A stretch of 64,000 bases of DNA. Source: Macrostomum lignano. Lineage: Eukaryota. This document shows positions 10,101-22,411 of this stretch, one piece after another (position 1 is the stretch's first letter; every line of letters begins with the position of its first letter). Location of the stretch: assembly GCA_002269645.1 (NCBI GenBank), contig NIVC01000992.1, positions 386,758 through 450,757 on the forward strand, given 5' to 3'. The notes under the pieces are model-generated. The model was not told the DNA's origin, made no database searches, and was given only the letters and a program-made list of their open reading frames with translations. A program made the position numbers and the translations under genes.

Positions 10101-12749
10101 TAGAAGACAAATGAAAAGAGGTAGAAGATAAATGACAGAGGCAGAGGACAAATGAAAGAGGTAGAAGATAAATGACAGAGACAGAGGACAAATGAAAAGA
10201 GATAGAGGATAAATGACAGAGGCAGAGGACAAATGAAAAGAGATAGAGGATAAACGACAGAGCAGACGACAAATGAAAAGAGGTAGAGGATAAATGACAG
10301 AGGCAGAGGACAAATGAAAAGAGGTAGAGGATAAATGACAGAGGCAGAGGACAAATGAAAGAGGTAGAGGATAAATGACAGAGGCAGAGGACAATTGAAA
10401 AGAGGTAGAGGATAAATGACAGAGGCAGAAGACAAATGAAAAGAGGTAGAGGATAAATGACAGAGGCAGAAGACAAATGAAAAGAGGTAGAAGATAAATG
10501 ACAGAGGCAGAGGACAATTGAAAAGAGGTAGAGGATAAATGACAGAGGCAGAGGACAAATGAAAAGAGGTAGAGGATAAATGACAGAGGCAGAGGACAAA
10601 TGAAAGAGGTAGAGGATAAATGACAGAGGCAGAGGACAAATGAAAGAGGTAGAGGATAAATGACAGAGGCAGAGGACAAATGAAAGAGGTAGAGGATAAA
10701 CGACAGAGCAGAGGACAAATGAAAAGAGGCAGAGGATAAATGACAGAGGAAGAGGACAAATGAAAAGAGATAGAGGATAAACGACAGAGCAGAGGACAAA
10801 TGAAAAGAGGTAGAGGATAAATGACAGAGGCAGAGGACAAATGAAAAGAGGTAGAGGATAAATGACAGAGGCAGAGGACAAATGAAAGAGGTAGAGGACA
10901 AATGACAGAGGCAGAAGACAAATGAAAAGAGGTAGAAGATAAATGACAGAGGCAGAAGACAAATGAAAAGAGATAGAGGATAAATGACAGAAGCAGAGGA
11001 CAAATGAAAAGAGATAGAGGATAAATGACAGAAGCAGAGGACAAATGAAAAGAGGTAGAGGATAAATGACAGAAGCAGAGGACAAATGAAAAGAGATAGA
11101 GGATAAATGACAGAGGCAGAGGACAAATGAAAGAGATAGAGAATAAATGACAGAGGCAGAAGACAAATGAAAAGAGATAGAGGATAAATGACAGAGGCAG
11201 AGGACAAATGAAAGAGGTAGAGGATAAACGACAGAGCAGAGGACAAATGAAAAGAGGCAGAGGATAAATGACAGAGGCAGAGGACAAATGAAAAGAGATA
11301 GAGGATAAACGACAGAGCAGAGGACAAATGAAAAGAGGTAGAGGATAAATGACAGAGGCAGAGGACAAATGAAAAGAGGTAGAGGATAAATGACAGAGGC
11401 AGAGGACAAATGAAAAGAGATAGAGGATAAATGACAGAGGCAGAGGACAATTGAAAAGAGGTAGAGGATAAATGACAGAGGCAGAAGACAAATGAAAAGA
11501 GGTAGAGGATAAACGACAGAGCAGAGGACAAATGAAAAGAGGCAGATGATAAATGACAGAGGCAGAGGACAAATGAAAGAGGTAGATGATAAGTGACAAG
11601 AGGCAGAAGACAAATGAAGAGGTAGAGGATAAATGACAGAGGCAGAGGACAAATGAAGAGAGGCAGAGGATAAATGACAAGAGGCAGAGGACAAATGACA
11701 AGAGGCAGAGGACAAATGACAAGAGGCAGAGGATAAATGACAGAGGCAGAGGACAAATGAAAAGAGGTAGAGGATAAATGACAGAGGCAGAGGACAAATG
11801 AAAAGAGGCAGAGGATAAATGACAGAGGCAGAGGACAAATGAAAAGAGGCAGAGGATAAATGACAGAGGCAGAGGACAAATGAAAAGAGGTAGAGGACAA
11901 ATGACAGAGGCAGAGGACAAATGAAAAGAGGCAGAGGACAAATGACAAGAGGCAGAGGACAAATGAAAAGAGGCAGAGGACAAATGAAAAGAGGTAGGGG
12001 TAGAGGATAAATGACAGAGGCAGAGGACAAATGAAAAGAGGTAGGGGTAGAGGATAAATGACAGAGGCAGAGGACAAATGAAAAGAGGTAGAGGATAAAT
12101 GACAGAGGCAGAGGACAAATGAAAAGAGGTAGGGGTAGAGGATAAATGACAGAGGCAGAGGACAAATGAAAAGAGGCAGAGGATAAATGACAGAGGCAGA
12201 GGACAAATGAAAAGAGGCAGAGGATAAATGACAGAGGCAGAGGACAAATGAAAAGAGGTAGAGGACAAATGACAGAGGCAGAGGACAAATGAAAAGAGGC
12301 AGAGGACAAATGAAAAGAGGCAGAGGACAAATGACAAGAGGCAGAGGACAAATGAAAAGAGGCAGAGGACAAATGACAGAGGCAGAGGACAAATGACAGA
12401 GGCAGAGTACAAATCAGAGCCCATGACTTACACTCGGCTCATTCTCAGTGCAGAAAGTGTACGGCCACTCTTGGCTAAACATAAAATATTCGAACGTCTC
12501 CTCGTTGCCCTTAGTTACCGCCATAGCGCTGGCCATTGAATCCCTAGTCAAATGTTCCATGACTATTAGGAGTGGGATCAGCGCAGATGCACTTAAGCTA
12601 GATAATATTGAGTGAGATTATTTAATATTTAATTTAATTAATAATCTTTGCACACGTATAAATAGCACCAAAAATATTATTTGGATATATTTATTATATT
12701 AATTCGATTTTTAAACTCACGAAAGCAGTCCGGTGCAAGAGTTTGCCAT
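7164..12749 (-). CDS. RNASET2: Ribonuclease T2, 9 exons, 315 aa: complement(12721..12749, 12432..12597, 9967..10016, 9818..9872, 9658..9728, 9236..9349, 8224..8269, 8057..8137, 7164..7499)
   Basis: All introns GT-AG with matching phases; total 948 nt. Motifs FEYFMFSQEWPYTFC, CAS I FNIHGLWP, CAS II FWNHEYTKHGRC, FLKSAGIVP, GYKPEIDC, YLAELRICFSKDL. Hydrophobic N-terminus MANSCTGLLSLSASALIPLLIV. Confidence 0.95.
8381..9157. repeat. 32-bp minisatellite (AAATGCCAGTCCCCTGTAATGTCCATCTCTCT)n, about 24 copies, in an RNase T2 intron
   Basis: Period 32 visible directly; near-identical copies without spacers. Confidence 0.97.
10101..12411. repeat. 2.3-kb purine-rich composite minisatellite (AGAGGCAGAGGACAAATGA.. 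/ AGAGGTAGAGGATAAATGAC variants) filling an RNase T2 intron
   Basis: Directly visible ~20-21-bp alternating subunits; explains the three 770-820 aa minus-strand ORFs. Confidence 0.97.
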
Positions 12750-13239
12750 TTTGGATCGGCCGATGGCGATTTCAAATATATGAACAAAAAATCTCGCTTT
12801 TAATCTTCGCTATTAGTTAGCAAGAGTGTCCCGTCTCGTGGGTCGTGGCCCTGCCGCCTGTTTTATAAAGCTCTAAGTCTATATTTACCTTTTCTAATTT
12901 ACAAAGTGTTCCGCACAGGCCATTCGGTTCTCTCTTTCTCTCTCATTCCCCTCTCTCTCTCTCTGCTATGAATGAATCATCGGTCAACCCCCGATTGGCA
13001 ATAGCCCCAATTCTTATCTGTGTGTTGGGGCGTTCTCGAAACCCTACCCCACCCGACCCCCCCCCCCAAATGTACGCGCAGTTGGGGTGGGTGGGGGTTA
13101 CTTAGCCAATTTTAGTGTACAGCTCCCCCTAATTCTTGCCCCAGTCTTTAAAGTTTAAACCAGAGAGGTCGGCAAACTTTTTTATCTCACGGACCAGATG
13201 AAAAATTTAGCAAATGACAGCGGATCATTTTATGGAAGA

Positions 13240-14460
13240 GAAGAGAGACATGAGAGAGATGACAGACAAGCGAGGCGAGAGGCGATTACAGAAAAGGTTG
13301 CTGAAAAAGAGACACAAGAGGGCCTGAGAACGTTGTTAGGAAGATCCGGGTTGGGGCCGAGGTAGGTGAGGCTATCCAGTATCCTGAGTAAAGGCGGGGC
13401 ATTCACAGATGAAGTGCTTCGCATTCTTAACGCCAAAGAGGCAGAATCTGCATTCCTCATTGTTAATTTATCCCTGGAAGTGACGATGCCTGACAAAACA
13501 GCCGTGACCCTAGAGGGCCATGGTCTCCGCTCTGATGTCCTTGTGGTTGAGCCCAAGCAGGGCCCTGCAGAGGGCGGGGGAAGCTGGACAGGGGACAGTC
13601 GCGCGGGATTGCCGGCAGTCGGAGCGTTAGCCCACCTCTCCCTGTGCTTTAATGCCACCCACTGGTTGATCCAAGTGGTGACAACGGCGAGGGGGTGGGG
13701 CAGTAAAAGATCCAGTCAAGCGCCAGCCTGGGTTGGCCCGCGAGTGCCCGGGGATCCACGTTACGGGCACCTTGTTGGGGGTGCCTAAGCGGTTAAGCAC
13801 CAACCGTGTCGATTGAATGATTGGATTGAATGACACAGAGAGGTTAGACAGGTCCGGTCTGTGCCAAGCTTTTAGGAGGGTAGACATGATCTAATATGGC
13901 TGCTCTAGCGTTTTGAGGGTCATGAAAACGGTCAAAACTAACAGGGATATTTGGGATCTTACCTTGAAAGAGACAGGAAGGCGGTCTCCGGAGCCTGCGG
14001 TCTGGCCGCATACCCCTGTTAGGTCAGAGAGGGTGATGCTTGTTCCTCAGAGCAGAGGCACCTGATACGCACAGGTGCACTTCCAGGCTAAACCCAATAC
14101 GTCTCAAGACAGAAGCTCTGAGGCCACGGATGGGCTGCCGCCGCCGCAGCCGAGGCAGTCCAGCAGCCCTAGAGCTGCCTTGATCACATGTGGGACGTGA
14201 ACCCCTGAGTCGGCTTGTGAGTCAGCTTGGAGAGAGTTCTCTTGCCATTCCTGCACCAGAATTGAGGGGGTGCGGGTGTGTAGGATCGCAGACCTTTTAG
14301 CTCGTAGGCCTGGTCTGATCATACTTCATAGGGCGGGTGGAAATGCCAATGCGAGCACATCCACAACAAAGTGTCCCCCAAGACGGCGCCCCACAATTCG
14401 GCCCTCTTCAACACAGCGCCTTCTATTGATAAGAGCTCTTGGACTTGGAGTGAATTTCAT
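13240..14460 (-). mobile_element. Decayed non-LTR retrotransposon 3' fragment with RNase H and C-terminal CCHC motif
   Basis: Minus-strand VTWIPGHS (~13741-13765, RNase H motif), then GHGCFVRH..*..EECRFC....AKHFICECPAF (~13395-13505), broken by stops and frameshifts. Boundaries approximate. Confidence 0.65.
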
Positions 14461-15052
14461 CGCTATTTGCAGGACACAAGTAGCCATATAAGGTTCTTTT
14501 TTATTTTCATTTATTGGTATTGAAATTTCGCAAAACTTTATCTATGATGAGGATAAGCAGCTATAGGAAGATGTGATGAGATAATAAGAATTAGGATAGG
14601 ACTCTGAGGATGGGGACTGCTGGAGGTTTGGGATTGGGGTGTGGGAACGGGAGGATGGGGTTGGTGTTCTAATTGTAATTGCATTGAACTTTACAAGGTC
14701 TATACCTAGCTTCTTTCTTCAATACTGCAATTTTACGACAAAAAATGATAAAGAATCACAAGAGTGAGGCAATGCAAAATCGACAGGTGCATGTCATATC
14801 ACTCATCTGACACTGCAGCTGCGTGTGAACTCATCTCTCCCATCAAACAATGTCTGCAGCTGTATCCATCTCATCAAATTTTCTTCACAACCTCATTACG
14901 AGCCGAAATAGCGAAGTGCATAAAAAGCCATCACTCTCAGTTCATACATATGCTTTTGGTTGACGTGAAGGATTTGGAAACAACAAGCCCGGGAGAGCAT
15001 ATTTTAGAGTTTCAATTTCGTAGGCAGAAAAAGATTAACTAATTCTGAAGCA

Positions 15053-17746
15053 ATGCTGGAATCTGCGATCATTGGTTTTATTATCTTGTCAGGTGAGTTT
15101 TCCAAACCCGCCCCGCCAGTCCCAGCCTCCCTCACGCAGCCGCTCATCCCAAACCCGCCCCGCCAGTCCCAGCCTCCCTCACGCAGCCGCTCATCCCAAA
15201 CCCGCCCCGCCAGTCCCAGCCTCCCTCACGCAGCCGCTCATCCCAAACCCGCCCCGCCAGTCCCAGCCTCCCTCACGCAGCCGCTCATCCCAAACCTGCC
15301 CCGCCAGTCCCAGCCTCCCTCACGCAGCCGCTCATCCCAAACCCGCCCCGCCAGTCCCAGCCTCCCTCACGCAGCCGCTCATCCCAAACCCGCCCCGCCA
15401 GTCCCAGCCTCCCTCACGCAGCCGCTCATCCCAAACCCGCCCCGCCAGTCCCAGCCTCCCTCACGCAGCCGCTCATCCCAAACCCGCCCCGCCAGTCCCA
15501 GCCTCCCTCACGCAGCCGCTCATCCCAAACCCGCCCCGCCAGTCCCAGCCTCCCTCACGCAGCCGCTCATCCCAAACCCGCCCCGCCAGTCCCAGCCTCC
15601 CTCACGCAGCCGCTCATCCCAAACCCGCCCCACCAGTCCCAGCCTCCCTCACGCAGCCGCTCATCCCAAACCCGCCCCGCCAGTCCCAGCCTCCCCCACG
15701 CAGCCGCTCATCCCAAATCCGCCCCGCCAGTCCCAGCCTCCCTCACGCAGGCGCTCGCCAGCTGCAGCCGCTTCATCAACTCCTCCGGCCCAGTCCTGCT
15801 CGACCCGACCGTCAGCAGCCTCATCATCAGCGAGCCCAGCTCAGCCTCCATCCAAGACTGCCTGCTCAGCTGCTGGTCGAGGCGCTGTGCGGCAGTCAGC
15901 CTGCTGCGGGCCAGCCGCGTCTGCCAGCTGCTCTTCGTCGAGGACGCCTCGCGGACTGCCGGACCGCCGCGCAGTCACGCGTGGAGGTCGCTGGGATCCG
16001 AGGCCGGCGCCGAGGTGTGGAAGGCGGTCGACATCGACAGCGTCATCGAGTCGAGGAGGCTCAACATCACGCACGAGTTCTCAAGTGAGACCAGTCCCAA
16101 GTTCTCATTCTCATGCCAGCTCATTCTCATGCCAGCTCATTCTCATGCCAGCTCATTCTCATGCCAGCTCATTCTCATGCCAGCTCATTCTCATGCCAGC
16201 TCATTCTCATGCCAGCTCATTCTCATGCCAGCTCATTCTCATGCCAGCTCATTCTCATGCCAGCTCATTCTCATGCCAGCTCATTCTCATGCCAGCTCAT
16301 TCTCATGCCAGCTCATTCTCATGCCAGCTCATTCTCATGCCAGCTCATTCTCATGCCAGCTCATTCTCATGCCAGCTCATTCTCATGCCAGCTCATTCTC
16401 ATGCCAGCTCATTCTCATGCCAGCTCATTCTCATGCCAGCTCATTCTCATGCCAGCTCATTCTCATGCCAGCTCATTCTCATGCCAGCTCATTCTCATGC
16501 CAGCTCATTCTCATGCCAGCTCATTCTCATGCCAGCTCATTCTCATGCCAGCTCATTCTCATGCCAGCTCATTCTCATGCCAGCTCATTCTCATGCCAGC
16601 TCATTCTCATGCCAGCTCATTCTCATGCCAGCTCATTCTCATGCCAGCTCATTCTCATGCCAGCTCATTCTCATGCCAGCTCATTCTCATGCCAGCTCAT
16701 TCTCATGCCAGCTCATTCTCATGCCAGCTCATTCTCATGCCAGCTCATTCTCATACCAGTTCATTCTCATGCCAGCTCATTCTCATGCCAGCTCATTCTC
16801 ACAGCAACTCAGTTGACCCCGCTGACCCCCACTGACTCCCAGACTCGAGCTTGGGCCGCAGCGGCTCCATCCAGCAGCTGACAGTCGAGCTGACCGGCTG
16901 CTACCGAATCGAGGCCCGGGGCGCTGCAGGCGGCTACAGCAGCTTCGCAGGCACAGCTGGCGGCCACGGAGCCTCGATGTCGGGACGCTTCAACCTGACT
17001 GCCGGCGTCCGGCTGTCAATTGTGGTCGGTCAGGCCGGCGGACCAGCCGTCGACGGCAACTGCGGAGGAGGCGGCGGCGGCGGCAGCTTCGTGTTCGTCG
17101 GCGGCGTCGGCGGTCGCCTTCTGGTCGCCGCGGGAGGCGGCGGTGGGGCGTCTTTGTTAAAAAACGGCAAGTGAAAAGCTTTGGAGCTGTGCTCAGTAGC
17201 TTTGCACAGAAAACACTTCGTGCGTTAATAAGTTTCAAGGCGATTCTCCATCTTGCATCTCCAGGCGCTCCCGGCCAGGCGGGCGTCAACGGCACAAACT
17301 CCGTCATCAACCTCAAATACGGCGGCTTCGGCGGCGCCAATGGCGGCCCGGGCTTCAACGACCCCAGCAGGACCCCAGGAAACAGCCACCACGGAGGCTG
17401 CGGCGCCGGCTGGCTGGGCGGGCCGGAAAATGCGCGGCTCAGCCCCGGTGACGGAGACGGCGGAGCTGGCCCCGCTGAAGGCTGGACTGGCGGCCTCGCC
17501 GGCTCTGGAAACACTGGCGTCGGCGGCTTCGGCGGAGGCGGTGGCGCCGGCGGCAGCAACGGCAAAAAAGGCGCGGGCGGTGCTGGCGGCGGCTTCAGCG
17601 GAGGTGGCGCGGGTCTCGGTCTGAATCACGCTGGAGGAGGCGGCGGCTCCTCCTGCGACGGCCTCGACTGCAGCGGCGTCACCGGCGGCAACAGCGGCAG
17701 TCAGGAGGGGCGGGTGGTGGTGCAGCTGGTGCCGGGGCTGTGCTGA
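15053..17746 (+). CDS. Secreted PAN/apple-like + ALK/LTK-type glycine-rich domain protein, paralog A, ~399 aa; exons 15053..15092, ~15731..16084, 16843..17166, 17265..17746
   Basis: Signal-like MLESAIIGFIILSVPASLTQALA; QDCLLSCWSRRCAAV..CQL (PAN-like); GCYRIEARGAAGG, FNLTAGVRLSIVVGQAG, GGGGGSFVF, LLVAAGGGGG, HGGCGAGW (ALK/LTK GlyR-like). Positions and phases of introns 2 and 3 match the two introns of paralog B. The exon-2 acceptor is ambiguous and intron 3 is GC-AG. Confidence 0.85.
15104..15750. repeat. 47-bp GC-rich minisatellite, ~14 copies, spanning the intron 1/exon 2 boundary of paralog A
   Basis: Unit AAACCCGCCCCGCCAGTCCCAGCCTCCCTCACGCAGCCGCTCATCCC, period 47. Confidence 0.97.
16104..16804. 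repeat. 16-bp minisatellite (CTCATTCTCATGCCAG)n, ~44 copies, filling intron 2 of paralog A
   Basis: Directly visible; gives the 16-aa periodic ORFs. Confidence 0.97.
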
Positions 17747-17747
17747 G

Positions 17748-18267
<520 letters not shown>

Positions 18268-19212
18268 ATGTCTGTCTGGTCCGTCCTGAGGATTACTTTG
18301 ACTGGGAAAACTGTTATCTGCTTGGTCGAGTACCTCTAAAACAAACCAGAACCTGGGTTCCTTTTTTGCAGAAGATTCAAATTGATGGTCCCACTCCTAG
18401 TCTTTTTGTAGCTTACGTGGCCTATTGGTCGCAAAGTCGCAATGATTATAGCCTAACTAATATAAGTAGTAAAAACAGAATATTATTCAGAATTTTTCTA
18501 AACTATTGGCTCGTACGAATTTTAAATTTTAAATAGAAAAGTCTATTGAGGTCGCCTTTCTATAGTACTTATGCAGTAGTAATCGTAACATAATAATATA
18601 CTGGATTAAACACAGCCTACAATAAGTTGTTATAAAAACAGTACAAACGTGTGCTTCTCACTCTATACTTTAGCCGTCTGAATACTCGTACATGTACGAG
18701 CGTACGTGCACACATGCAGCATTTCACAGCTCTAACCCCTAGAACTTTGAGCGCTACAGAAACGCCCCAGTAGCTATACTTGAACAGCCGTTCCTACTAC
18801 TTCTAAATGTATGCTGCATGGCTTCTCACAGCTGGATTAGCTCCTGTGCTTCTTTCTCTCTTTCCATTCCATTGATCGCACAGTCCAAGAAAGCAATTTT
18901 TCTCAAACATTGTAACCAACGCCCCGCCGCGGATTTACAGCTTGAATTGGCAGTTTGCACTGTTGGAAAGAATTTGCAGGAACGAATGAAGAATAAAATG
19001 CCGCTTCTTTCTTCTAAAGCCGCTCCGATCCCGCAGACAGGCAGTCCTCTCCAAAGCAACACCCAGTTGAGAATTTAGTTAACTTACATACATGTACTAG
19101 ACGAAAACAACGAGAAGAAATGTACGCGGTAGAAAGAGAACATTATTGTTACCAGGCGTCAACTGTTACTGTTCTCTGAATCCTGTAATTTGTTGGAAAT
19201 TAGGTAGACTTA

Positions 19213-19989
19213 GAGATATGAAGTGTCGGAGATATGAAGTGTCGGAGATATGAAGTGCCGGAGATTGAAGTGTCGGAGATTGAAGTGTCGGAAATATGAA
19301 GTGCCGGAAATATGAAGTGCCGGAAATATGAAGTGCCGGAGATTGAAGTGTCGGAGATATGAAGTGCCGGAGATTGAAGTGTCGGAGATTGAAGTGTCGG
19401 AGACATGAAGTGCCGGAGACATGAAGTGTCGGAGAGATGAAGTGTCGGAAATATGAAGTGCCGGAAATATGAAGTGCCGGAAATATGAAGTGCCGGAGAT
19501 TGAAGTGTCGGAGATATGAAGTGCCGGAGATTGAAGTGTCGGAGATTGAAGTGTCGGAGACATGAAGTGCCGGAGACATGAAGTGTCGGAGAGATGAAGT
19601 GTCGGAAATATGAAGTGCCGGAAATATGAAGTGTCGGAAATATGAAGTGCCGGAGATTGAAGTGTCGGAGACATGAAGTGCCAGAGATTGAAGTGTCGGA
19701 GATTGAAGTGTCGGAGACATGAAGTGTCGGAGACATGAAGTGTCGGAGATTGAAGTGTCAGAGATATGAAGTGTCGGAGATTGAAGTGTCGGAGATTGAA
19801 ATGTCGGAGATTGAAATGTCGGAGATTGAAGTGTCGGAGACATGAAGTGTCGGTCGAGATATGAAGTGTCGGAGATATGAAGTGACGAAGATATGAAGTG
19901 TCGAAGACATGAAGTATCGGAGACATGAAGTGTCGGAGACATGAAGTGTCGGAGATATGTAGTGTCGGAGATATGTAGTGTCGGAGATA
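19213..19989. repeat. 15/16-bp minisatellite (GAAGTGYCGGARAYAT / GAAGTGTCGGAGATT)n
   Basis: Directly visible; explains ORFs 19166..20110, 19200..19736 and 19210..19998. Confidence 0.95.
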
Positions 19990-20140
19990 CATGTACAATT
20001 GACAGAGCGTTGACTAAATCAATATGCAGCCCGCACTTGAATAAATAATTTTTTTTTATAAAACTGGGCGTTAAAACAAGAAAATATTTATATTTACAAA
20101 AAAGTTTCACAAGCTTTCACGCTGTGGCTACAATAAAGAT

Positions 20141-20890
20141 TCAGTACACAATAGACAGGTCCACTTCACCGCGGCCCCGTCTTTCACTGGCCGGCAGGCA
20201 GCAGGGCCCCAGCCTGGCGTTCGCCAGCAGCAGCAGCAGCAGCAGATTGACAGTCGAGCAGAAGCAGCAGGCAACCAGCAGCCAGTAGGAGAACCCGAGC
20301 CATGCCAGTCCATTGCTGGTCCACTTCAGCTCGGCCGTGTCCTCCCTGCTGAGCACACTGCTACTCAGGCTGGTGCTGAACGCGGCGCCGAAGACAATCA
20401 CGGCGGCGAACTGGCAGAGCAGCTGAGCGCCGTTCCAGACGTAGAGGCCGCCAGGACCGCTGAGTCCGAGCACCGGCCGACGGCTGATATTCAACAAGGC
20501 GAAGCCACACGAAACGACGCCCCAGGCGCCGGAGAAAACGCCTAGTATGACAAGCGCAGTCCAAACTGGAGCAGGAATTGTTGAGGCCGATGACGCCTGC
20601 CGTTGCAGCACTTCGGTGTACACGTCAATGATAGTAACCCGAGGCCCCAAGCCATTGTCAAGGGTTTTCAGTCCGCGAAACAGGCCCAGTCGAATCGAGC
20701 CAGTCAGTCGGCTGTTGCTGACATTTTTCAGAGTATTACTGACCTCCCAGCTGACGTTCCGTACTGGAGAGGCTTCCACCCAGTTCTCGGTGGCGTAGGC
20801 AACCGTCAGCAGTGCCAGTGAGATGCTGCCGAGTAAGAAAACTAGAACTAGACACAGCTGCCGTCGACCTCGCTTCGGATCAATCGCCAT
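20141..20890 (-). CDS. Clarin-family tetraspan membrane protein, intronless CDS, 249 aa
   Basis: Four hydrophobic segments; ATENWVEA, GSIRLGLFRG..LDNGLGPR, LNISRRPVLGLSGPGGLYVWN and LGFSYWL match the clarin pattern (GLFHG..GLGAR; NAFGKP..HGPLGLY; SFW). Confidence 0.85.
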   Translation of the reverse strand: MAIDPKRGRRQLCLVLVFLLGSISLALLTVAYATENWVEASPVRNVSWEVSNTLKNVSNSRLTGSIRLGLFRGLKTLDNGLGPRVTIIDVYTEVLQRQASSASTIPAPVWTALVILGVFSGAWGVVSCGFALLNISRRPVLGLSGPGGLYVWNGAQLLCQFAAVIVFGAAFSTSLSSSVLSREDTAELKWTSNGLAWLGFSYWLLVACCFCSTVNLLLLLLLANARLGPCCLPASERRGRGEVDLSIVY

Positions 20891-22411
20891 AGAAGTTGTG
20901 TGAAGGAGACGGCTCTGCACTTGTAAAATACAGGGAATAATACTGTAACGATCAAACTATATGTAATTCATTATCATCGACGAAATCAAGCTTTGAGTAC
21001 ATTGATAGTAAAAATTATATATAAAATGTACATTACACAGTAGTTTTCTTCGCATTGTAAATGTACATGATCGTAGAAAAGAAGACTTACCAATAGAAGA
21101 TATTTTTCGATAGAAGTTTTCTTTCTAACAGCAAGTACACGTTCACTATATGATTTTGGATCTATAGATATCGATACTTATTCTGACATTGGTCATTTAA
21201 GTAGAAGTCCAAACGAAGTGCTTTGAATGTATATTTCTGATTGAATATATCCTGACCATCAAAGGACTTTAGGCTGTTATTATTTAACTTTAGATTTTAA
21301 ATAAACAGTCACTTTTGCTGAGCGAGCAACCACTCGTCACATTTTTTCTTTTTTGTTTATATACCTAAAAGCGTCTTGAATATATTTAACTTTTTTGTCT
21401 CGCTACTTTTTATGGAACACAACTCAACTTACTTAATACTTAAACTTGTTTTATTCATGTAAAATATAATAGGGCCCTTTAACTTTTAACATTTCTGTCA
21501 CTTAATTTGAAGCATTATATGCACATTTAATTAATTTAAACATAGCCTATCTGTCTCGTCAAAGACTCAAAGTGGGCTCTCAATCTTATCTTTAAAATGT
21601 TTAGCACTTTTAGCATTGGAAAAAGCATTACAAAGTAGTGTTTACAATATAAAATGAATATAATTTGAACTACGGAAATATAATTTAGCCTGTAATCGTG
21701 TTGTTCAATGTATTTGTTAATATTTTACACTCATTTTAATGTGGTAAGGTAATGTTTTATTTATATTTTATTCAACATTCCAGCTTCAAACTCTGTTTTA
21801 CAAGTTTTAAAAATAAATCCTTGTTTTCTCTTGCAAACATGTCTATGCTTTATAGCTAATGTTAAATTTAAAATGGTTATGAACATTTTTTTACTAAACA
21901 GAACTTGTAAAGAATAAAGAAATTATTCTTTATTTCTTATTTCTTATTTCTTATTTCTTAAATAAAGAAATCTAAATTCCAGTATTCTAATCTTAGATAG
22001 ATTATAGATCTGCCAAGCAAGGTCCCAAAGTTTGATAAAAATTCTAGGATATTTTGTTATACTAGAGGTTAGAGTCAAATCCTGAGATTCTAGCATTTTT
22101 TATATCTAGGATTGATTTCCCTTAGTCTAGAATTTTATCTAAGATAGTAATACTTGGCCTTGAAGACATTTATTATATGAATATACATTATACATTTGAA
22201 TATTCAGTTAAAAATAGACAAAATTTGTTGTTGGAATCCTCTATTTTTAGCCAAACTGTATCCCTTGTATGATTTTTTCTAGTATATCTCATATTCATTT
22301 GGTAATACAAAATGAAATTATTAATTGTGGATAATAATGATTTTAATTTATCTAACATTTATTTTGATTAAACACCACATTAAATTGATGAATAATTGGC
22401 TTCATGAAGGC

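Noticed and set aside
9950-12424. Three overlapping 766-824 aa hydrophobic ORFs
   Set aside because: Translations of a stop-free minisatellite inside an RNase T2 intron; only the last ~17 codons of one ORF are a real exon.
13160-13200. CAGAGAGGTCGGCAAACTTT resembling a hAT MITE end
   Set aside because: Only one end is visible and it is too short to support a call.
18826-19062. Short ORFs on both strands
   Set aside because: No recognisable motifs or linked exons.
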